Positions 56,645 through 64,000 of a stretch of 64,000 nt of DNA are shown here, piece after piece; the first letter of the stretch is position 1, and every line of letters starts with the position of its first letter. The notes under the pieces are model-generated. The model saw only the letters and a list, made by a program, of their open reading frames with translations. It was not told where the DNA came from and did no database searches. Made by a program: the position numbers and the translations under genes. Origin of the DNA: Octopus vulgaris (lineage: Eukaryota); assembly GCA_951406725.2 (NCBI GenBank), contig OX597825.1:81468001-81532000 (forward strand). Direction: 5' to 3'.

Positions 56645-56876
56645 AGGCAGCGAGCTGGCAGAATCGTTAGCACGTCGGGCGAAATGTTTAGCAGTATTTC
56701 GTCTGTCTTTGTGTTCTGAGTTCAAATTCTGCCGAGGTCGACTTTGCTTTCATCCTTCCCGGGTCGATAAATTAAATACCAGTTGCATGCTGGGATCGAT
56801 GTAATCGACTTAATCCGTTTGTCTGCCCTTGTTTGTCCCCCTCTGTGTTTAGCCCCTTGTGAGTAGTAAATAAATA
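56645..56876 (+). mobile_element. SINE family B, full length
   Basis: Matches 33083-33312. Confidence 0.9.
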
Positions 56877-57189
56877 GGTATGTCCCGAATAGTTTGGGCT
56901 TGTACTTTCAGCCCTTTTCCGGTCCTGAATCCCATGATATATGCTGCCATGTATTCTTTCATTGCTAATAAAAGAAATTCCAATCAATCTTTCTACGAGA
57001 TCGATTTTTGATCTCTGATTGAATGAGACGAAGAACCATTGTGACTTCGGCAAGGCACATAATCTTGCACTTCTCTCGTTTTCCTGGGTGAGAGAGATTC
57101 TGTTGGCGACCACAGCGTTTGTTGTGACTGATATTTCCGTTTCTGGTTGCTCCTTGACAACAACATCCGGGTCTTTACATAATACTTAT

Positions 57190-57388
57190 TACTGGTTTCA
57201 AAGTTTGGCACAAGGCCAGCAATTTAGGGGGTGGGTGGGGGATCAAGTCGATTACATCGACCCCCAGTGCTCAACTAGTACTTATTTTATCGCACCCCCG
57301 AAAGGATGGCAGACTAAGTCAACCTCGGTGGAATTTGAACTCAGAACGTAAAGACGAACGAAATGCCAGCAAGCATTCAGCCCGGCGA
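57190..57388 (-). mobile_element. SINE family B (third tail type)
   Basis: ggtttcaaagtttggcacaaggccagcaattt..gtcgattacatcgacccc..gaatttgaactcagaacgtaaagac. Confidence 0.85.
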
Positions 57389-57399
57389 TGGCTGTTCTT

Positions 57400-57404
57400 G
57401 TAGC

Positions 57405-57488
<84 letters not shown>

Positions 57489-57562
57489 TGTAGCAGTAGT
57501 AGTAGTAGTAGTAGTAGCAGCAGCAGCAGCAGCAGCAGTAGTAGCAGCAGTAGTAGTAGTAG
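57400..57562. repeat. (AGT)/(AGC)n array
   Basis: Direct inspection. Confidence 0.95.
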
Positions 57563-58305
57563 TACTGGTGGTTGTGGTGGTAGTGAACGTGGTGGATGTT
57601 GCAATAGAGGTTATGCAGTAGTGGTTGTGGTGTGACGGATGAAGTGGCGGTGGAGGTTGTAACAGTAGTAGTATTAGTGGTGGTGGTTGTGGTGATGGTG
57701 GTGGTGGTGGTGGTGGTGGCGGCGGCGGCGGCGGCAGTGGTGGTGGTCGTGGTGGTGGCCGTCGCTGTTGTTATAATGGCAATAGCGATGGTATAGAGAC
57801 GGTAATAAAGATGGCGACAGGGTGATTGTTAGCGGCGTCGACGGTGGCGGCGAGGGATTTTTGTTTGCGGATAATTACATAGGTTTGTGGATTAAATAAT
57901 ATTAGCTTGATCGATATTGGTCATGGAGCAAATAATGTTGCAAGTTTATGCAGCATTAGACAGCATTAACACACTGATTGATATTTTTATTGATCTCTAT
58001 CCGATCTGCTTTGTTTGGTGTTGATCTACGAGGGAGTCCATAAATCGGTAGACTTCAGAAAAGAGATCGATATAATGTGGAATGGATCGGAAGGATGGGA
58101 AAGGAGCGATGGGGGGGATGATGGTGGGGGAGTGGGGGGGATAATGACAAGTAATAGTTGGTAATTGTTTATCGATCACCGTCAAATATTTGTAGTATTT
58201 CAAACGAACATAAGCTGTTTTGATTAGTTTCTCTTCCTTGTAACAATTTGCCCCTCTCCCCCTCTTTCTCCCTTTCTATACATGTGTGTGTGTGTGTGTG
58301 TATAT

Positions 58306-58507
58306 ACTCTTTTAATTGTTTCAGTCATTTGACTGCGACCATGCTGGAGCACCACCTTTAGTCGAGCAAATCGACCCCAGGACTTATTCTTTGTAAGCCC
58401 AGTACTTATTCTATCGGTCTCTTTTGCCGAACCGCTAAGTGACGGGGACGTAAACACACCAGCATCGGTGGTCAAGCAATGCTAGGGTGACAAACACAAA
58501 CACAAAC

Positions 58508-58542
<35 letters not shown>

Positions 58543-58710
58543 CATATATACGACAGGCTTCTTTCAGTTTCCGTCTACCAAATCCACTCACAAGGCATTA
58601 GTCGGCCCGGGGCTATAGCAGAAGACACTTGCCCAAGGTGTCACGCAGTGGGACTGAACCCGGAACCATGTGGTTGGTTAGCAAGCTACTTACCACACAG
58701 CCACTCCTCC
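58306..58710 (-). mobile_element. SINE family A, full length
   Basis: ttgtttcagtcatttgactgcg...cttaccacacagccactcct. Confidence 0.92.
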
Positions 58711-58715
58711 ATATG

Positions 58716-58749
<34 letters not shown>

Positions 58750-58944
58750 TGTATGTATGTATGTATGTATGTATGTATGTATGTATGTATGTATGTATGT
58801 ATGTGTGTGTATGTATGTATGTATGTATGTGTAACAAAATAGGAAGTTGGAAAATATCATACACACACACGCACACTACAATCTTCATCCGCATGTGATA
58901 ACAGAAAAAAGAAAACTTTGTACCATTGTGAAATGAATATGAGT

Positions 58945-59150
58945 GTAATGTACAATGTGAGTTAATTAATCATCCATTAATGTACAGTTTCCCCAGTGTG
59001 GATCGCATATGTCGTACGCCTTGGACTATCATATGTTACCATATAACAGCATACTATAAGTATGGTGGTTCGTCTACATTATGAATAATCCACACAGGTA
59101 AAGCAGTACATCAATGATGATTAACAAAATTATTGCATTGTTTAGTACAC
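58945..59150. repeat. Diverged ~205 bp palindrome (old MITE-like)
   Basis: acaatg..ttaatcatccattaatgtacagtttccccagtgtggat versus atccacacaggtaaagcagtacatcaatgatgattaa..cattgt. Confidence 0.65.
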
Positions 59151-59569
59151 TAATACACGTACATCGATCTATACGTCAAGAAGACGTATACATTTATAAG
59201 TAGCGTATCTTACCCAAGACTTTCTCCAGCAAGCCGAGCACTTTATAAGGTTAAGCTATTTACCGTTATTCCTGCAGGAATCCGATAGCGCACAATTCGC
59301 TTATTTACTTTTAATTAATTATCGTTATTGTTTTCGCTGGTGTTGTTGTGTTGGCCCGAAGTTTCATTTCTTGGTTTTATAATAAAACCAAGCCCCGATT
59401 TTTTCGTGAACCACGCAAAATGGTTGCTATAAAATAGCAGGTGCGTGTTTGCATATATTTTTCTCTTCATTAAAAAAAACTTTACAATTACATGAAACTT
59501 TAAGCCCAAAATCTGTACCAATTTTCGTAGATATTCTTCGTGATTTCTACTAATATTAGGACCCCTCAG

Positions 59570-59776
59570 AAGGCAGCGAGCTAGCTGAATCGTAAGCATC
59601 CGGGCAAGATGCTTGGCGGCATTTGGTCCGCCTTCATGTTTTACGTTCAAATTCCGCCGAGGCCGATTTTGCCTTTCATCATTCGTGGTCAATAAGTACT
59701 AGTTGAGTACTGGAGTCGATATAATCGACTTACTCCCTGCTCCAAAATTGCTGGACTGGTGCCAAAATTTGAGACC
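59570..59776 (+). mobile_element. SINE family B, diverged, third tail type
   Basis: ggcagcgagct..gaatcgt.agca..gttcaaattccgccgagg..ttgcctttcatc..aaattgctgg..gtgccaaaatttga.acc. Confidence 0.8.
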
Positions 59777-60571
59777 AAAATTATGGTTCCTCAGTGTTGT
59801 AATTTCTGTCGTCACTATTGTTGTCATTCTAAGAAAAATTGGCGATTCTTCCCAAAAACAACATATATTTTAAATATAAATTACTGGGAGCCCTCGCAAA
59901 TATATATCGCTTCCAGGAGGGAGCTGGAGATAATCAAAAAGTGTCGCCACGAAAACAAATATATCCTAGTTAATCTGAATAACGATATTCATTTCTACAC
60001 AACGTGAATCATGCTGGACCTAGAAGTCTGTAGATCTTCATCCCACAGAATAGACAAACAGGAAGGAAATAAAACAGAACGTGATACCGCGAAAGAAGAT
60101 GGTGATAGCAACTTGAGCGGATTTTTTAGTTTGCTAGTGACTTACTATTCGCCACTAATGGATTATCCCCTGTCAATATGATCCATATCTATAACTCGTG
60201 TCCATCCCTCCGGGTTGTACAGATTTGCGCAACAATGACAAGGAGATTAAATTTCATTGATTGCATTCTAATTGTCTCCCATATTTACTACTATTACAGT
60301 TAAAACATTCCCCACCCACAAGAGGATTTTAGCCACGTATTGCATAGATATTATATGCATGGCACAAAATAGTCCATGTTTTATAAATATTGTTTCACGG
60401 TCCCTAGAGCATTATGCATATAAAAATACTCATATTCATGTATGTAGATATATGCAATAATATAATGTTATGCTTTGGGAGGGTCATATTTTGTGAGTTA
60501 AACACACACACTGTATGTTTGGCCTTCATTTCAGCTTTATTATTATTATTATTATTGATTCATTGTCAAAG

Positions 60572-60845
<274 letters not shown>

Positions 60846-61228
60846 ATGTAACGAAGCATGATTAAGACGTTCACCTATCCATGTTTGGGGGCCTCTTTGA
60901 TACGAAGCATCATCAGAATGCTTAAATGTCATGCCGGTGCTGGGGCGTAGTGATGGTGATGCTGGTGGCAGTGGCGATGGTGGAGGTGGTGGTGATGGCG
61001 GCGGCGGCGGTGGCGTCGATGTTGGTGGTGATGACGGAGGTGGCCGGCGTGGAGGTGGCGGTGATGGTTACGGTGTTAATAATGGTGGTGGTGGTGGTGG
61101 TGGTGGTAGCTGTGGTGGCATTGATGTTGTTGTTGGTGGTGGTGTTGGTGATCGCCGCCGTGGTTGATGAAGTTGTAGTTGAAGTGATGATGGCAGTGTT
61201 GGCATCGAAAGAGTTGAGGGTGGGGCAG

Positions 61229-61306
<78 letters not shown>

Positions 61307-61369
61307 CCGGCGCTGGTGGTAGTGTCGGGGTTGGTGGTGGTGTGTTGTGCGCCACGGGAGGCAACAATT

Positions 61370-61605
61370 TCAATGTAACTAAGCAGAAAGCGGTGCCTTT
61401 GCTCAGTCAGCCAATAAAGAGGATTTAGATCTGCAATTGTTAGTTAGAAGAAAGCGATAATAAAGTATTAATTATGTAAAGTAATTGAAAACAATTAAGT
61501 GAAAGGCCATTAAAACTTATGCAGTCAGATCGTCAAGCCACGAGGGAGGAATGAGCGCTCGACTGGTGGCGCCCACTGGTGCATAGCTGGTTAATTAAGG
61601 GCAGA
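61370..61605. promoter_or_regulatory. Candidate enhancer: TAAT-dense unique island with CCAAT box and CTCF-like site
   Basis: ttaatta, taattg, caatta, cattaa, ttaattaa; agccaat; minus strand GCACCAGTGGGCGC at 61569-61582. Confidence 0.35.
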
Positions 61606-61664
61606 GAATATATGAGTAATGTATGCGCTTGCATTGGGAGGGAGAAAAATGTGAAGAAGAAGAA

Positions 61665-61695
<31 letters not shown>

Positions 61696-62099
61696 TGAAA
61701 AGAAAAATTGAAGAGCGATGAAAGAGTGATGAAAGGAAGAAACTATGCGAAAAGGAAAGACAAATAATTAGATAAAATAAGATAAAAATAATGATGGTTA
61801 GGAAGAATGAAAAAAAAATATATGAAAAAATCTGAACAAATGGAATGAAAAAAAAATATTCGTTATGAAATGATTTCGCGCTTGTCAAACCAACAATTTA
61901 TTTCTGTTTGTGTAAAAATATTCTTCTTTTTCTTATTGTTGTTGTTGTTGGAGATTAATCTCAGGTCAATCCTGATCCAGCAGACAAATGATTAAAGGCA
62001 CTTTAGCCATGACTATCCCATCGTCACCGTTATCATCATCATCATCATCATCATCATTATCATCGTCGTCGTCGTCGTCGTCATCATCATCACCGTCAT

Positions 62100-62100
62100 A

Positions 62101-62163
<63 letters not shown>

Positions 62164-62990
62164 GTTGTTGTTGTTGTTGTTGTTGTTGTTATTATTATTA
62201 TTATTAGTGAGTGAGAGAGCTGTACATGCTATCAAAGTGACACTAGGGTTCAAATATACGAAGCCCAGCATACCCATTATGACCACCCGTCTGATGAGAG
62301 TACACCAAGCATCATAACATGTGCGCGTCATGGTGATCTTATATCAAGATAAGCAGCGCACGACCTTGCAGGTGGGGCTCACAATTTTCTTCAGGTTGAG
62401 TAGTCCAAGTCCTGAATAAGGGTCGTTTAAGGATGATGAACATAACATCCATGTTTCCAGAGGTGAATTATTCAAACCCCACATAATTCCTCTCAACACA
62501 TGGCTATGATGCTCCCCCACTACTTCTACTGATCATCAGAGATGCACCTATCGTCAGCCACTAAGGGACATGCTCAACCGGTTAAGGTCAAACAACTGAC
62601 AAGTAAATCTGTGGTATCTGAGAGCAGATCTTACATCTTCTACCTTGACACCCTCCCACTTTTGCTCCTCTAAGGAGTCCAAGTCTGTAGATATCCTATC
62701 AATCAAAGGGGCCTTTTCGTTGTGTGTTTTTTCTTCAGCCTAAATTTTATTTCAAAATCCCTGCACTTCTTCTTTTCATGGTACAGACTTTAGAGTAACT
62801 ATCTTCCTGTAAAAATGTTTGGGGTTATTTTTGAACATGTTGTTGCCCTTGAAGAATCTAACGCGCATTTCATACCTCGCCATGCGGGCAGCTTTAGCAG
62901 ATACCTTTTGCTTCATGGTTTCTATGGTGGCATCAATATCAAGTATAGTTTTCATAAAATATTTTTTCTTTAATTTTTGGGTCGAAAGAG
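62100..62990 (-). mobile_element. Internally deleted R4/Dong-like LINE: pre-RT ORF piece joined to 3' region and (TAA/CAA)n tail
   Basis: IETMKQKVSAKAARMARYEMRVRFFKGNNMFKNNPKHFYRKI is typical of the R4-clade segment preceding RT; 3' end shared with 1388-1510. Confidence 0.75.
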
Positions 62991-62994
62991 ATGA

Positions 62995-63956
62995 AAATTT
63001 GACGGCGCCAATATGACTTCTCATTCGAGTTCTTGAATCGCGACTTTGGTCATATTGGCAATGTGAGGACGGGATTTGTCGTGTTGTAGAAGAACGCCAT
63101 TCCGCTTATTCGGTCTCATTTGCTGAACTGCTTCGTTGAGTTGGTGCAGTTGTTGAACGTAGAGCTCTGCATTGAGTGTTTGGTTGCGCTCAAGCAGTTC
63201 GTAATGAATTATGCTTTCCCAACCCCACCATACACACAACATGGTCTTTCGAGGATGAAGGTCTTGTTTAACTTGCGGTGTTGCTTGTCTGTCGACGCTG
63301 AGCCATTCTTTTCGTTGCTTCGCTTTGACGTAAAAACACAATTTTTCATCGCCAGTGACAATGCGGTAAAGAAAACGCAGTTTGTGACCATGTGTTGAGT
63401 GATGTCGAACGAGAAAACTGGCGGCGATTGTGAATTTTTGTTGTTTTCGGTCAAAGTGTGTAGCACCCAAGCGCCAAGTTTCTGAGCCTTGCCCATTGAG
63501 TGAAGGTGGTTCACCACAGTTCTTTTTTTCATTGCATTCCATCCGCACCGCCAATTCTCTCGTCGTTTGGCATGGATTTCGTGAAAAACTCAATTGGTCG
63601 ACCGGTGTGTAATCCGTCCTTGAGGTCAAGATTCCCATTTTTGATGCGCGAAGTTCAACGGCGGGCGATACTTTGAGGCATTGCTCCTTCTCCATACACA
63701 GCAAAAATCGCTCAAACATGTTCGGTGGCTTTAATACCTCGATTAAATGCAAAAACAAAATGGTGTCGGAAATGCTCAGTTTTGTCCACTTGACATTCCA
63801 TTCTAATGATCTGAAAATACACAAATATCAATGAAATCAAAATATTAAAACATACTATCTTACAGGGCAAAATATTCTCTTTTAAATAACATCAAACATT
63901 TTGCCAATGCGCTTTTAAATTTGAAAAAAAAAATAACGCTCATGAATTATTCCTAA
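62995..63956 (-). mobile_element. Mariner element, 3'-truncated transposase pseudogene with 5' TIR
   Basis: TA-ttaggaataattcatgagcgttattt TIR; ATG at 63801; KLGAWVLHTLTE, RFLYRIVTGDEK, HPRKTMLCVWW, IIHYELL, VLLQHDKSRPH; frameshifts; ends before the third catalytic Asp. Confidence 0.92.
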
Positions 63957-63971
63957 TATATATATATGTAT

Positions 63972-64000
63972 ATAGGGAGAGTTCACGAAAAAAACAAAAG
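63972..64000 (-). mobile_element. Start of another copy of the 54605 family
   Basis: tagggagagttcacgaaaaaaacaaaag after TA-rich DNA. Confidence 0.7.

Noticed and set aside
60926-61378. Gly/Val-rich ORFs
   Set aside because: GGT/GCT/GAT low-complexity repeats
62285-62330. CUGAUGA in the LINE end
   Set aside because: No GAAA or stems; the paralogue at ~1.4 kb has ctgatagg
63021-63824. 267-aa ORF as an active transposase
   Set aside because: Frameshifted N-terminus, stop codon and truncation before the third catalytic Asp

Overview
AT-rich, microsatellite-saturated animal genomic DNA with no recognisable host protein-coding exon, rRNA or true tRNA; it looks like an intron or gene desert. Almost every long ORF in the track is a translated simple repeat. 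The repeat landscape resembles that of octopus genomes (inferred, not proven): tRNA-derived SINEs of about five families, R4/Dong- and CR1-like LINE relics, mariner, Tc1, DD41D and piggyBac-type relics, and (TA)n, (CATA)n and (TAA)n arrays. Short CpG-containing unique islands with promoter- or enhancer-like motifs lie between the repeats. The most notable signal is a set of type I hammerhead ribozyme motifs with palindromic helix III, as found in Penelope-like elements. Two have intact cores and unusually long helix II (7914-8007; 29694-29760, the latter in the loop of a nested ~1.3 kb fold-back). One has a single core mutation (32504-32569). A four-copy family has a non-canonical core and compensatory stem changes. 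Recurrent snap-back hairpins occur at truncated element ends, mostly next to (TA)n tracts. All structures were derived by eye, and repeat boundaries are approximate.
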